This document shows, one piece after another, positions 37,206 through 47,011 of a stretch of DNA of 64,000 nucleotides. The position numbers and the translations under genes are program-made. The stretch comes from a virus (taxonomy: Duplodnaviria; Caudoviricetes). Within the stretch, counting starts at the first letter, position 1; each line of letters opens with the position of its first letter. The DNA is taken from positions 4,978 through 68,977 of the IMG/VR virus record IMGVR_UViG_3300029959_000011; one strand, written 5' to 3'. The notes beneath the pieces were generated by a model, which was not told the origin of the DNA, made no database searches, and saw nothing but the letters and a program-made list of their open reading frames with translations.

Positions 37206-38954
37206 TCATACTAATTCCTCATTTCCCTTAATCTCGTATAACGGCAATTTATGTTTGTAATACAATCCTTTCTGTCGCTCCGGCAGATCATATATGCTAT
37301 TTTTAATTGTTACACCGTAATCGCTTGTATTTACATTATTCTCTATATGGCATATTATTTCATACACATCGTGGACTGACTCTGCTATGAATAATAATAT
37401 TCCTGATCGGATCATCTCTGGAAGTGTAATCATTTGGTGTTTTGTCAAGTGACCCTTCGGCATTTTTAATTCTATGCCGAAAAACAGACTGCCGACTTTA
37501 TAAAATACGCTGTTGTCTGCCAAACCGGACTTAGATGTAAACCACACATAGTATTCTTTTTGGGAAGCGAATTGAGCAAATGCGCCAAGCATAGCTGAAT
37601 ACTGAATTAAATGGCCATTCTTATATAAAAATTCCTTGAGCTTACTTTGTAGCATACCACCGAATTTAGCCATTCCACTGTTCTGTCGGAATGCGAATAA
37701 ACCAGTCTTCGATAAATAATTGTTGACATCTTCCTGTAATTCCGCTTCATTGCGATATACCTTGCCCTCGTACTTGTCGAGTAGCTTCCCTATCTTACGC
37801 AAATAGACTAATTTTTCGGAATTTATTACAGACGGCATTGCCTGTCTTTCTTCTATGTTTTCTAAATTCAGCTTGCGGTCAATTACTTTTGAAATGAGGG
37901 GTTTGAACTTAAAAGTCCTACGAATATCCGGCATATCGTGGGTTTCAACATTATTTCCAATATCTAAATAAATACATTTAGTTTTACCAGGATATATTCT
38001 TGATCCACGACCTATCTTTTGTAGATATTTTCCAATCCTACGAGTTGGGGCTGCATCCACAATCGCTTCAATCGAGGGTTCGTCGAAACCAGCAGTTAGC
38101 ACATCAATATTTACCACGCCATGAATTGTGCCAGCTTTTAAATTTGCAAGAATTGCATCTCGTTCGCCTTGGCTTATATTAGCATCTATATATCCTGTTT
38201 TGATATTCTGATGATTGAATACTTCGCATAATGCCTTACCGTGCTTTTGTGTTGTAGCAAAGGCAATAAATTTTTTACTATCGCAGTATTTAATATAATT
38301 ACTTACTACGGTTTGTAACAACCATTCCTTTATTACAACCTGCTCAAGCTCTACTTGGTCATAATCATCGTTATTTACTTTAACTTCAGATAGGTTGAGT
38401 GAAATCGGGCTATAAACTTCAAATGGAACTAAATAGCCAGCTTGAATTAAATCAGGCATTTGAATATCATCTATATATGAATCGAAATTCTCCAGAAGGT
38501 ATCCTCTGCTATCAACAGGGGTTGCGCTCAGCCCGATAACTCTGCTATTAGGATATTTAATTAAGACATCCTGTATTATATCAGCATAATAACCCACATG
38601 CACTTCGTCAAATATCAATAAATACGGTTCTGCAATATCTCTATTCTTTAGTGTTTGCAAACTCACTATTTGGAATCTATTTTCTTTATCTAATCTTTTA
38701 TCAGTACCCATAACTACACTTGGTGATAAGTCTGACATTTTATCAAAAGTCTGATTAACTAAAATCTGGCGATGACAACAAAACATTATCGAATGGTTAG
38801 TTGTTTTAAGTATATGCTCAATAATACATTTAGCTATAAATGTTTTACCAGCCCCAGTGCATAAATTGACAAGAATACGCATCTTGCCTTCTTCTATCAA
38901 TGCGAATACTTTATCAATAATTGTATTTTGATAAGGTCTGGCTATCATTGTCAA
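37206..38954 (-). CDS. SF2 (DEAD/H) helicase fused to a VRR-NUC-like nuclease
   Basis: CTGAGKT, FDEVH, GLSATP, LTAGFD, QKIGRGSR; C-terminal EAELQ..RQNSG..GLAD..IELKMPKGHLTKHQ. Confidence 0.85.
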   Translation of the reverse strand: MTMIARPYQNTIIDKVFALIEEGKMRILVNLCTGAGKTFIAKCIIEHILKTTNHSIMFCCHRQILVNQTFDKMSDLSPSVVMGTDKRLDKENRFQIVSLQTLKNRDIAEPYLLIFDEVHVGYYADIIQDVLIKYPNSRVIGLSATPVDSRGYLLENFDSYIDDIQMPDLIQAGYLVPFEVYSPISLNLSEVKVNNDDYDQVELEQVVIKEWLLQTVVSNYIKYCDSKKFIAFATTQKHGKALCEVFNHQNIKTGYIDANISQGERDAILANLKAGTIHGVVNIDVLTAGFDEPSIEAIVDAAPTRRIGKYLQKIGRGSRIYPGKTKCIYLDIGNNVETHDMPDIRRTFKFKPLISKVIDRKLNLENIEERQAMPSVINSEKLVYLRKIGKLLDKYEGKVYRNEAELQEDVNNYLSKTGLFAFRQNSGMAKFGGMLQSKLKEFLYKNGHLIQYSAMLGAFAQFASQKEYYVWFTSKSGLADNSVFYKVGSLFFGIELKMPKGHLTKHQMITLPEMIRSGILLFIAESVHDVYEIICHIENNVNTSDYGVTIKNSIYDLPERQKGLYYKHKLPLYEIKGNEELV

Positions 38955-39247
38955 GTCCTATCCTTCCCATCAATCTGATATTTATAGATAGTGAATCTTT
39001 CTCTTATTGTCTTTATTTCGCCACAGTCTTTTTCGTCGTACTGTACGATTTCTTCCCTAAATTCGTAATTGCTAATTTTCGGGTCATAGTAGCATTGGAC
39101 ATATCTACTACTTACATTCGTATTCCACTTAAACCTATCATCCACACAATCTCTCAAATGTTGTATTGCTTCAGATTGCTTAGTATGCACACCGTATATA
39201 TGCGTCTGATCCGGCTTGCTTGACATTAAAATATAAATGTACTTCAT
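38951..39247 (-). CDS. Hypothetical protein
   Basis: RBS AGGAG, 4-nt overlap. Confidence 0.5.
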   Translation of the reverse strand: MKYIYILMSSKPDQTHIYGVHTKQSEAIQHLRDCVDDRFKWNTNVSSRYVQCYYDPKISNYEFREEIVQYDEKDCGEIKTIRERFTIYKYQIDGKDRT

Positions 39248-39258
39248 GGTAGCTCCTT

Positions 39259-40950
39259 TTAATTAAATAATCCTAATGAATCCAAGTCTTTTATTTGATT
39301 GTTTATTTCTTCCTGCTTAATTACTACCTCTCTATTCACTATACTTTCGTTAATCACAATATCATCACTTTCCTTATAGTTGCTTATCTGATAGCCTGAC
39401 CATGCGTTATATTTACTCAAATATTCTACTCGATCTACATCAATCAACATGCCTGATATTGTCCTGCCACTTTTAACTACTCGCCTCATATAGTCATTTT
39501 TAATTAAATTGTACCTGCCTAAAAACATCTCAAATGCCGATACTTTCCATTTGCGCTGACTGCAAAGACTTATTATTAGCTTCTTAGCTAAGAAGCCTTT
39601 GTTTCCTGCTGTCGGCAACGCAAATTCGTCAAATAATTCATCCATAGAATCTGTAAGGAAATAACTTCTTTTGTTGTCATTTTCTAATAAATCCTCTATA
39701 GATTGGATCATTTCTTTGTCTTGACTTGTAACTGATTGTGCCATCATGTGTTTTAACCCCTCAAAAATTGGTATTTCCATTCCGTATCGGAATGCTTTTG
39801 TTTTACTCTCTAATTTCATTTGTTTATAGACATCGAATAATTCCGTCATCACATAATAACCCATAGCGTAATTGAAAAAATCCTCGTATGCAGAAAATCC
39901 TAATTTTTGGACTTCAAGTTTATATTTCTCCAAAGCCTCTACTTTACTGTTTTTAGCTCTGATGACTATGAATTGATTATTTGACGGGCTGTCAATCGCA
40001 TCACGGATGCGGAGTGGCTGTTCGTTTGTGCAGATAATAATATAAGTTCCAGTAAGTACGGTTTTCACACCTTTATTCTTCTCGTTAATTGCGGCAAATC
40101 TCGATCCGCTAAGTCGCTTGATATAATCGTATAGATATAAAGGGTCATTTCCGCCCAATTTGGTCTGTTCGTCAATGACAACGCATTTATTCTCAAGGAA
40201 ACCGTTGAATGTCTTAAAATTGCTCGGCAATGCGGTTGTCTGACCTCTATATATGCTTGCAAGTATAATATCGGCAAATAAGTTCTTTCCTGTACCTCGC
40301 ACACCATTCATTATGAGTGTCGGGCGTGCCTTGCCGTATCTGTTCTCGAAAGCGTATAAAGCCATAAAGTCTTTAATTGTTTTCCGCTCTTCATCTTCTG
40401 GGAATATTATGCGTAATACATCGTTTATTTGCTGATTATAATTGCTTGCTGAATTTATTTGGTTTAACGGCACGAAACACTTGAACTCGCCTGTAAAGTA
40501 ATTCGTAAACACTTCAGCTCGTGTTATTGAATTATACAGGTCAGGTGTGGATAAATTTTCAAGGTCTGTACGCATGGTAAAGCCCGATTCGGATGATTTA
40601 TTCTCTTCGGCAAGATAGCAGTATTTAGATATAAACGGCTTACTGAGAAACCTGCGGTGTCTGAGCATATATCTAAGCATATAGCCTCGTTCCTCTTCGG
40701 TAAGCAGTGCATGGATGTCGGATTTATTATAATTGATTATCTCCATAGATATATCAACAGCATCTTGTTTTATATAGATAGTCTGATAAGTACCTGTATA
40801 ATAAAGTATATCATTTGGGAAATTCATAAGATGGCATACTTTTTCGTAAATGCCTTGACCGATAGATATTTCCTTGCGTTCATCCTCAGAAAGTGGCGTA
40901 TCGTCCGTAACTATTTCATAGTCAATTTTGGGATGGAGTTGTGTAAGCAT
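39259..40950 (-). CDS. SF3 / D5-like (DUF5906-type) replicative helicase
   Basis: Walker A GVRGTGKN, Walker B VVIDE, motif C IIICTN; no recognisable primase domain. Confidence 0.7.
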   Translation of the reverse strand: MLTQLHPKIDYEIVTDDTPLSEDERKEISIGQGIYEKVCHLMNFPNDILYYTGTYQTIYIKQDAVDISMEIINYNKSDIHALLTEEERGYMLRYMLRHRRFLSKPFISKYCYLAEENKSSESGFTMRTDLENLSTPDLYNSITRAEVFTNYFTGEFKCFVPLNQINSASNYNQQINDVLRIIFPEDEERKTIKDFMALYAFENRYGKARPTLIMNGVRGTGKNLFADIILASIYRGQTTALPSNFKTFNGFLENKCVVIDEQTKLGGNDPLYLYDYIKRLSGSRFAAINEKNKGVKTVLTGTYIIICTNEQPLRIRDAIDSPSNNQFIVIRAKNSKVEALEKYKLEVQKLGFSAYEDFFNYAMGYYVMTELFDVYKQMKLESKTKAFRYGMEIPIFEGLKHMMAQSVTSQDKEMIQSIEDLLENDNKRSYFLTDSMDELFDEFALPTAGNKGFLAKKLIISLCSQRKWKVSAFEMFLGRYNLIKNDYMRRVVKSGRTISGMLIDVDRVEYLSKYNAWSGYQISNYKESDDIVINESIVNREVVIKQEEINNQIKDLDSLGLFN

Positions 40951-40988
40951 TAAGGTCTCATTTTAGTTTGGCGGTTTTTACATGATTT

Positions 40989-41018
40989 AATTTACGCAAA
41001 TTTTACTCGAATTGTCAA
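40989..41018 (-). promoter_or_regulatory. sigma70-type promoter of helicase gene
   Basis: TTGACA-18-TAAATT; the -10 context TTGCGTAAATT is shared with the 51336 promoter. Confidence 0.6.
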
Positions 41019-41039
41019 TAGTTATTTTAGCCAATTTTA

Positions 41040-41339
41040 TCAAAATGGCACATCTTCGGAATCGTTTATTACCTGTAAAATTAAATCAAACTGCTGTATA
41101 ATGCCCTTAAATACCTTACAGTCAATTTTCTCTAATGCCACGATTTCAGCATCGCATAACTTCTTAATTGCCTCAAGTTTATTCTCCGCCTTAATTGCAC
41201 GAGCCGCACCAAGTAAATACAGATCAAGTATGGCATGATTAGTTTCCTGCTGATTTGATACGCCATCTCTAAAGTCATTAGTCGTGCCTTCGATATATTC
41301 TAATACATCGCTATTAGATGATATGTTTTCTAATTTCAT
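41040..41339 (-). CDS. Hypothetical protein
   Basis: Packed ORF. Confidence 0.5.
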   Translation of the reverse strand: MKLENISSNSDVLEYIEGTTNDFRDGVSNQQETNHAILDLYLLGAARAIKAENKLEAIKKLCDAEIVALEKIDCKVFKGIIQQFDLILQVINDSEDVPF

Positions 41340-41936
41340 TTAAGACCTCTCAATTATATGTTTGTAAATCGCATAGCATAGCTCAATATCGTACTGCGCA
41401 TCATGCAATTTAGTTTCGTCAACTTCAATGCCTAAATAGCGTGCTACCGTGCGTTGCTGGAAATTAGCTAAATTACTTCGTGATGACATTAAATACCAAG
41501 ACGCTAATACCATTACATCTATACTGTCTGACCAGAACCAAGACCCGAAGAAATTGCCGTATTCAGCCTCTTTAGGTGTAGTAGCATTCTGCGTGAAAAA
41601 AGCCCTAAAGAACTGATTATCGAAACTTGCGTTATTATATCCCATTAAGTGGAATTTATCAAATTTATCGAATTTATCCACATACTTGCCAAGCATTCTT
41701 TCCAGCTTATAAAACACTTCGCTCATTTCAGGGTATGCTAAAATCTGCTCTTTAGTCACATTACCTACTTTTAGTGCTTCTTCTTCAATCAACGCATCTT
41801 TGTACGGCTTAACCTTATAGTCGAATTTCTCCATTATAAGACCGTTTTCGATTATCATACCTGAAATCTGATGCACGCCATTCTTCCAGAATTTTACTCC
41901 TGTAGTCTCCAAGTCATATAAAAATATTTTTTCCAT
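41340..41936 (-). CDS. DEDDh 3'-5' exonuclease (DnaQ/epsilon-like)
   Basis: YDLETTG, GYNNASFD, LHDAQYD. Confidence 0.9.
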   Translation of the reverse strand: MEKIFLYDLETTGVKFWKNGVHQISGMIIENGLIMEKFDYKVKPYKDALIEEEALKVGNVTKEQILAYPEMSEVFYKLERMLGKYVDKFDKFDKFHLMGYNNASFDNQFFRAFFTQNATTPKEAEYGNFFGSWFWSDSIDVMVLASWYLMSSRSNLANFQQRTVARYLGIEVDETKLHDAQYDIELCYAIYKHIIERS

Positions 41937-42946
41937 TATTTACCCCTTAATTTATCTACTGCCTGACTATAACTCAAATTGTAATACTTCATTACGAAAC
42001 TTATTACATCGCCACTTGCGCCACAGCCAAAACACTTGAATACTTTTTTGGCAGGACTGACTGAGAATGACGCTGTTTTCTCATCGTGGAATGGGCATTT
42101 AGCTTTATTATGCTTATTTAGACCGATTATGCTATCTATTATTTCTACTATATTAGCCTTAATATCGTCCGTATTCTCGTATTCTTTCTTGACTAATTCC
42201 CGTTTATGCTCAACAGGTATATGAATTAAATCTGCTTTCTCAATCAAATCGCCCAATTTCTCTTTTGCGTTATTGGTAGTAAGTATAAATTCGTCAGGAT
42301 CAAGCTCATCAGGAAGATTAACTATTCGTGGGTATCGCAATTCGGCTTCTTTAAATAACTTTGTCGCTCGTATGCAGGCTAATTTGCCAGCTTCGTCGCC
42401 ATCGTATAATAAAACTACTTTTCTGGTTATGTGTTTTAAATAATCAATATGATCTACTGTCAATGCTGTACCGATAGTAGCAACTGTATTAGTAAATCCG
42501 ATAGAGTGCATACGCAGGCAGTCAATCTGACCTTCGACTATAATGATATATTGCTTCATCAGAATCGCCTGCGTATTCAACCCATACAAGATAAGACTTT
42601 TCTTAAAATACGGTGTTTCGGCTGTATTCATATATTTACCGTACTCTTCACCTTCTTTAGTTACCGCTCTGCCGGAAAAGCCTACTATCTTATTCAAATA
42701 CTTTATCGGGAACATCAGACGATTAAAGAAAACGCATCGTAACTCGCCTTTATCGTTCAATTTAGCCATCCCGAACTCAATCAATTTATCGGCAGGCATG
42801 ATTTTGAGCAAATTAGGCAAATCGTTAAAGCCTGCATAACCGATAATATTATCGCTAATCATACTATCGGTTAATTTGCGCAATTTAACATATTTTTCGA
42901 TATGCTTGATTTGGCTATTGTAATATTTGGCGATTGAGGTTAACAC
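41936..42946 (-). CDS. dnaG: DnaG-type primase with C-terminal CHC2 zinc finger
   Basis: NRLMFPI..GFSGRA..KYMNTAET; Toprim VEGQIDC, YDGDEAG, DPDEF; CPFHDEKTASF..CFGC at the C-terminus. Confidence 0.9.
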   Translation of the reverse strand: MLTSIAKYYNSQIKHIEKYVKLRKLTDSMISDNIIGYAGFNDLPNLLKIMPADKLIEFGMAKLNDKGELRCVFFNRLMFPIKYLNKIVGFSGRAVTKEGEEYGKYMNTAETPYFKKSLILYGLNTQAILMKQYIIIVEGQIDCLRMHSIGFTNTVATIGTALTVDHIDYLKHITRKVVLLYDGDEAGKLACIRATKLFKEAELRYPRIVNLPDELDPDEFILTTNNAKEKLGDLIEKADLIHIPVEHKRELVKKEYENTDDIKANIVEIIDSIIGLNKHNKAKCPFHDEKTASFSVSPAKKVFKCFGCGASGDVISFVMKYYNLSYSQAVDKLRGK

Positions 42947-43137
42947 AAATTATCTTTCCTATACGCAAAGCCCATTAGTAATTTCTTCCTGTCTTCTGCT
43001 TCCTTTTCCTGCTGATCTACTACCCACTTAAATTTCTCTTCTGCAAGCATTGATTTTACATCAAATTGGAATTGCCTTTTCTTCTGCTCGCCTTTGAATA
43101 GATTATCGTATTTAGCGATAAAGTCATTTTTCGTCAT
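42940..43137 (-). CDS. Hypothetical protein
   Basis: Packed ORF. Confidence 0.45.
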   Translation of the reverse strand: MTKNDFIAKYDNLFKGEQKKRQFQFDVKSMLAEEKFKWVVDQQEKEAEDRKKLLMGFAYRKDNLC

Positions 43138-43540
43138 TTACAGCCTCGTGCGATTCCTCCAATATCTCCGCTTTCTCGATTTCGTCTTTTTTGATTCTTT
43201 CCAGTTTGACATCTATGAGCGGATTGCAGTCTGCTATTGCCTGTATGTCTGCCTTGCTTTTAAGCGTTTCAGGTAATTTGCCGTAATTAGCTTTTAAAAC
43301 AGGCTCGTTATTCAGATTGAATATAAGTATGTTGCCTGTCTTATCTGAAGTCACATTCGGGTTTTTCATCTTACGCTCTAATACGATAGTTCTTAATTCC
43401 TGCTCAACTCGCTTCCTGATTATTTCGGCATTACGCTTTGCATTCTCATTCATACGCATACAGCAGTTTTTGTATTTCTTTCTCGGTTCTGTACCGCATG
43501 GACATAATTCATTTCTGCCGATTTTGATTTTCTTTTCCAT
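43124..43540 (-). CDS. SEC-C motif protein
   Basis: KIGRNELCPCGTEPRKKYKNCC at the N-terminus. Confidence 0.75.
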   Translation of the reverse strand: MEKKIKIGRNELCPCGTEPRKKYKNCCMRMNENAKRNAEIIRKRVEQELRTIVLERKMKNPNVTSDKTGNILIFNLNNEPVLKANYGKLPETLKSKADIQAIADCNPLIDVKLERIKKDEIEKAEILEESHEAVNDEK

Positions 43541-43556
43541 TTTTACCTCGTTATTA

Positions 43557-44849
43557 TTAAATTAACTCATTCTCGTAATTATCTACTTTCTCACACTCTT
43601 TAAGTAAAATTGTATTATTCTTTACTACCTGCTTGCCTACTTCCGCTGTAATTATTTGGAAGCCTAACGATAAAAGATCGGTTACAAGTTTTTCCTGATT
43701 ATCCTCATCAAGTACCTCGAAATCGTCTATAAAGCGTACTTTCAGTTCAGGATTCCTGCTTGCGTATAATTTAGCTACTATTACCTCAAGCTCGCCTTTA
43801 GAAAAATACGGCTCGTTTATCGGTCTATCCTTATACAATAACTCGCCATAATCATTAACCGAAATATCGTCAAGCCCGAATTGGAAGCCCGTAATATAAG
43901 CTAACCTGTTCTTAATAATTAAATCCTGATCCGCCTTATTCTTAGATAGCTGTTTCGATAATGCGACTTGCTCAGTCTGCCATTTAATATAACTGTCGTA
44001 GAGATCGGCTTTCTTATTAGTCTCTTCGATATTTTTAATTTGCTCATCAATTTCGGCAGTAGATTTAGCCGATACTTCCTGTATGGCGGATAATTCAGCT
44101 TGTTTGGCTATTTTATTAGCTTTCTCAGCTTCTATGCTTTCCTGTAATTTCTTTATTTCTAATTCGTATCGCTTTATCTTGTCGTCACTGTTAGTTATAG
44201 ATTCTTTTAAATTAGCCCGTTTGGCATCATTTACAGCGATTTCGTTATTGAATTGAACAATTACTGCACGCTTATTGTATAAATCGCCTAAATCCATTTT
44301 CTCGACTTTTGTAACCGCATCCCTACTGCCTAATTTTATTATTGACCGATTGATTACCGTATATTCTACTTTAGCCTTTTCCAATTTATCGTCATACTCG
44401 CTTGTGTTTATGCCAAGCAAGAGAGCTTGTTCTTTACTGCTATGCTGACAGAAATTCTTGGCAGATAGAAATGCTACTGATAATAAATTATTCAGCCAAT
44501 CTATACTTAGCGGATAATTGTCATCTGCCTTAAATTCGATTTTGTTGCCGTCTTTGCTAATTTTGTTGGTAATAACTACCTTAGCATTGTTTTTCTTTTC
44601 ATCGTATAATTCGACCATAATATCGGCTGTTTTCTTGTTATGCCCTATAAACCTGTATCGTTCGCCTATAAGCTGACCGTCTTTATTCTTCTCTGCAATG
44701 CCTTTAATACAAGCCCAAATTGCGGTTAGACCTACCGTAGTCTTACCTGATCCGTTCACACCTACAAGCCTTGTTATATTGCCGTCAAACTCGCAATCGA
44801 AATCAGTAAAGCCTGCAAAGTTACTCAATTTGATTCTATTTAGCTTCAT
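43557..44849 (-). CDS. Rad50/SbcC-like coiled-coil ABC ATPase
   Basis: Walker A GVNGSGKT, coiled coil, signature FSKGE, Walker B FIDD; start at ATG 44849 after GGAGG. Confidence 0.8.
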   Translation of the reverse strand: MKLNRIKLSNFAGFTDFDCEFDGNITRLVGVNGSGKTTVGLTAIWACIKGIAEKNKDGQLIGERYRFIGHNKKTADIMVELYDEKKNNAKVVITNKISKDGNKIEFKADDNYPLSIDWLNNLLSVAFLSAKNFCQHSSKEQALLLGINTSEYDDKLEKAKVEYTVINRSIIKLGSRDAVTKVEKMDLGDLYNKRAVIVQFNNEIAVNDAKRANLKESITNSDDKIKRYELEIKKLQESIEAEKANKIAKQAELSAIQEVSAKSTAEIDEQIKNIEETNKKADLYDSYIKWQTEQVALSKQLSKNKADQDLIIKNRLAYITGFQFGLDDISVNDYGELLYKDRPINEPYFSKGELEVIVAKLYASRNPELKVRFIDDFEVLDEDNQEKLVTDLLSLGFQIITAEVGKQVVKNNTILLKECEKVDNYENELI

Positions 44850-45099
44850 CTGATCCTCCAGCATCGCAAGTATTTTCCCAAGTAGGCCATAATGTAGCAG
44901 GTGGTGTATAAATAGGTATTTGTACGAACGGATTATTAGGATTATTATAATAAAAGCCATTACCGAATATAGCTTGTAATTCAGAATATAATTCACGCAT
45001 TTTTTCCGAACTCATTGTTATCGTAACATCGGCTGATTCGGGTTCGTAAATAGCTTTCAATCCGCCTTCGTTCTTAAATTTCAATATCATATCTATCAT
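44836..45099 (-). CDS. Hypothetical protein
   Basis: Packed ORF. Confidence 0.45.
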   Translation of the reverse strand: MIDMILKFKNEGGLKAIYEPESADVTITMSSEKMRELYSELQAIFGNGFYYNNPNNPFVQIPIYTPPATLWPTWENTCDAGGSDEAK

Positions 45100-45452
45100 A
45101 CTACCTCCGTTTCTTCCACAACTGCATTATAGTCCAGATTGACTAATCTATGAGCTATTACATCAACTGAAACCCTTTTATTGCCATTATCGTCTGTCCA
45201 CTGATTCACGCTTAATTTACCTTCTATATGCACACGATTACCTTTCTCTATGTATTTATTTGCATATTCAGCCGTTTTCCCGAATGCGACTACATTGTGC
45301 CAATCTGCCTTTTCTTCCCATACATCGCCTTTCTTAATTTTCTCGTTTGTAGCTAAAGAGAATTTAGCCATTACTGTACCGTTTGGCGATACTTTGCTTT
45401 CCGGTTTCTGACCTACATTACCTAATAATACTACTATGTTTACTGATGCCAT
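45096..45452 (-). CDS. ssb: Single-stranded DNA-binding protein
   Basis: VNIVVLLGNVGQKPE, FSLATNE, DWHNVVAFGK, VHIEGKL. Confidence 0.95.
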   Translation of the reverse strand: MASVNIVVLLGNVGQKPESKVSPNGTVMAKFSLATNEKIKKGDVWEEKADWHNVVAFGKTAEYANKYIEKGNRVHIEGKLSVNQWTDDNGNKRVSVDVIAHRLVNLDYNAVVEETEVV

Positions 45453-45468
45453 TTTTCACTCCGTTATT

Positions 45469-46989
45469 TTATTTAGCTTTACCCTGTGCTGTTAATAAGC
45501 AGGCTTTATACATATCCAGAAAGCTCTTGAAATCGTCTTTTTTATAATCTTTCATTCTGCTATCACAATCATTAGCAATATCAGTGTCTTTGAATTTCTT
45601 TAACAGATCGTAAGTAGCTTTCTTAATTTCTTCTAATTTTTCGTTTCTGAACTGCATTGCATTTTTCTTAAATTGCTCTAAGCCTGTATTATTCGTTATA
45701 TCCCAATTCTCGCCATACGCCTTAACAAATTGTTTAATCATATTTTCGGTAAAGAACAATTTAGTTAAATATGCTCTCCAGTCGTTTGTAGAATATTTTT
45801 CAAGTATAGAAGCCTCTTTCTGTTTTAATAACTCTTTGCTTGATCCCATCTGTAATGACTTTTCTGCATTTTGTTTCAGTACATCTAAGGTTTCTTGCAA
45901 TTTCTCAGCTTCGTCTTTCTTAGGTGTTTTTTCGACTATCGGTTTTGGCGGTTCGATTATTACCGTTGGCTTTACTTTTACTTCTTCCTGCTTAACTTCT
46001 TCTTTTTGTTCTATTTCAATCTGCTCCGCCTCCTCAGCTTCTTCGATCATTTCAGCAGGATCATTGTCAACTATGTCCACATTTTCTGTTTTGTTGGGAA
46101 TAGTAGATTGTTTCAATTTATCAAGCAGGCTAATATCGTTTACCTTAGTTACTGTTTCATCACTTGCTTCATCACCCATCTGCTCAGGATAGAACTCGGA
46201 AACTATATCTTCTGGATGTTCGTCAAAACTGTCTGTTTCGATTTTCAATAATTCTTTAGCTTCAGTTTCGATTTGCTGTATTCTGTTATGATGCATTTGA
46301 GTTCGTTTCATTATCTCGATTGCATTATTTTGCAGATCAACTATCGAGCCTGCATATACTACACTCGCTATTTGTACTTTTTGTTGCTTACCGTCTATTG
46401 TAACGGTTTTTGGGGTAAGTATAAGTTTTAGCGGTATTCCTGCAAGCTGGCCTTGCGTAATGCTTTGCAGATATTTCAGGCTTGATTTTAGCGCAGTCAC
46501 GCTATTAGTACCTACTGTTCTTAATTTCCATACTCCGCCTATTACCTTTGCGCCCTCGATCACGCAGGATAGCGTGCCATTCATTTTACATTTATCCTTA
46601 CCTTTATAATCGGCCTGCATTTGAGCTAATGGCACTTCGCATGGCTTCCATTCGTTACCGTGCAGTCTGAAAAAATGCTTGCCATCACCTACACAGACGC
46701 ATTTTGTTCCTTCGTAAATTGAGTACCTGCTTTGGAAATTCAGCTCAATATCATTATAAAGCAGTCTTATCGGCAGTTCTTTCGGCTTATCACCGTACAA
46801 AGCGTGCATTTCCGCATCAAGCACAAAATTATCATCGGCATCTTTCTCGTTTGTGGTGATTAAGAAATGATCCAATCGTTCGGGCAATCTGCTGTACCCG
46901 TTACTTGACATTTTCCCTTTCTTACCTATCTTGATTTTCCCTATTTCAGGCAATCTGTCAGGTAATGTTACGATACTTGTGAATAGCAT
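45469..46989 (-). CDS. Gp3-like ('recombination directionality factor-like') protein
   Basis: LPEIGKIKIGKK..LDHFLIT, ELPIRL, CVGDG, GGVWKLRT..NS; acidic C-terminal linker. Confidence 0.6.
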   Translation of the reverse strand: MLFTSIVTLPDRLPEIGKIKIGKKGKMSSNGYSRLPERLDHFLITTNEKDADDNFVLDAEMHALYGDKPKELPIRLLYNDIELNFQSRYSIYEGTKCVCVGDGKHFFRLHGNEWKPCEVPLAQMQADYKGKDKCKMNGTLSCVIEGAKVIGGVWKLRTVGTNSVTALKSSLKYLQSITQGQLAGIPLKLILTPKTVTIDGKQQKVQIASVVYAGSIVDLQNNAIEIMKRTQMHHNRIQQIETEAKELLKIETDSFDEHPEDIVSEFYPEQMGDEASDETVTKVNDISLLDKLKQSTIPNKTENVDIVDNDPAEMIEEAEEAEQIEIEQKEEVKQEEVKVKPTVIIEPPKPIVEKTPKKDEAEKLQETLDVLKQNAEKSLQMGSSKELLKQKEASILEKYSTNDWRAYLTKLFFTENMIKQFVKAYGENWDITNNTGLEQFKKNAMQFRNEKLEEIKKATYDLLKKFKDTDIANDCDSRMKDYKKDDFKSFLDMYKACLLTAQGKAK

Positions 46990-47011
46990 TTTTGTTACTC
47001 CTTATTTTTAT

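Noticed and set aside
44850-44996. N-terminal extension of the Rad50-like ATPase
   Set aside because: It overlaps the upstream gene; a GGAGG RBS supports the start at 44849 (MKLNRIKL).
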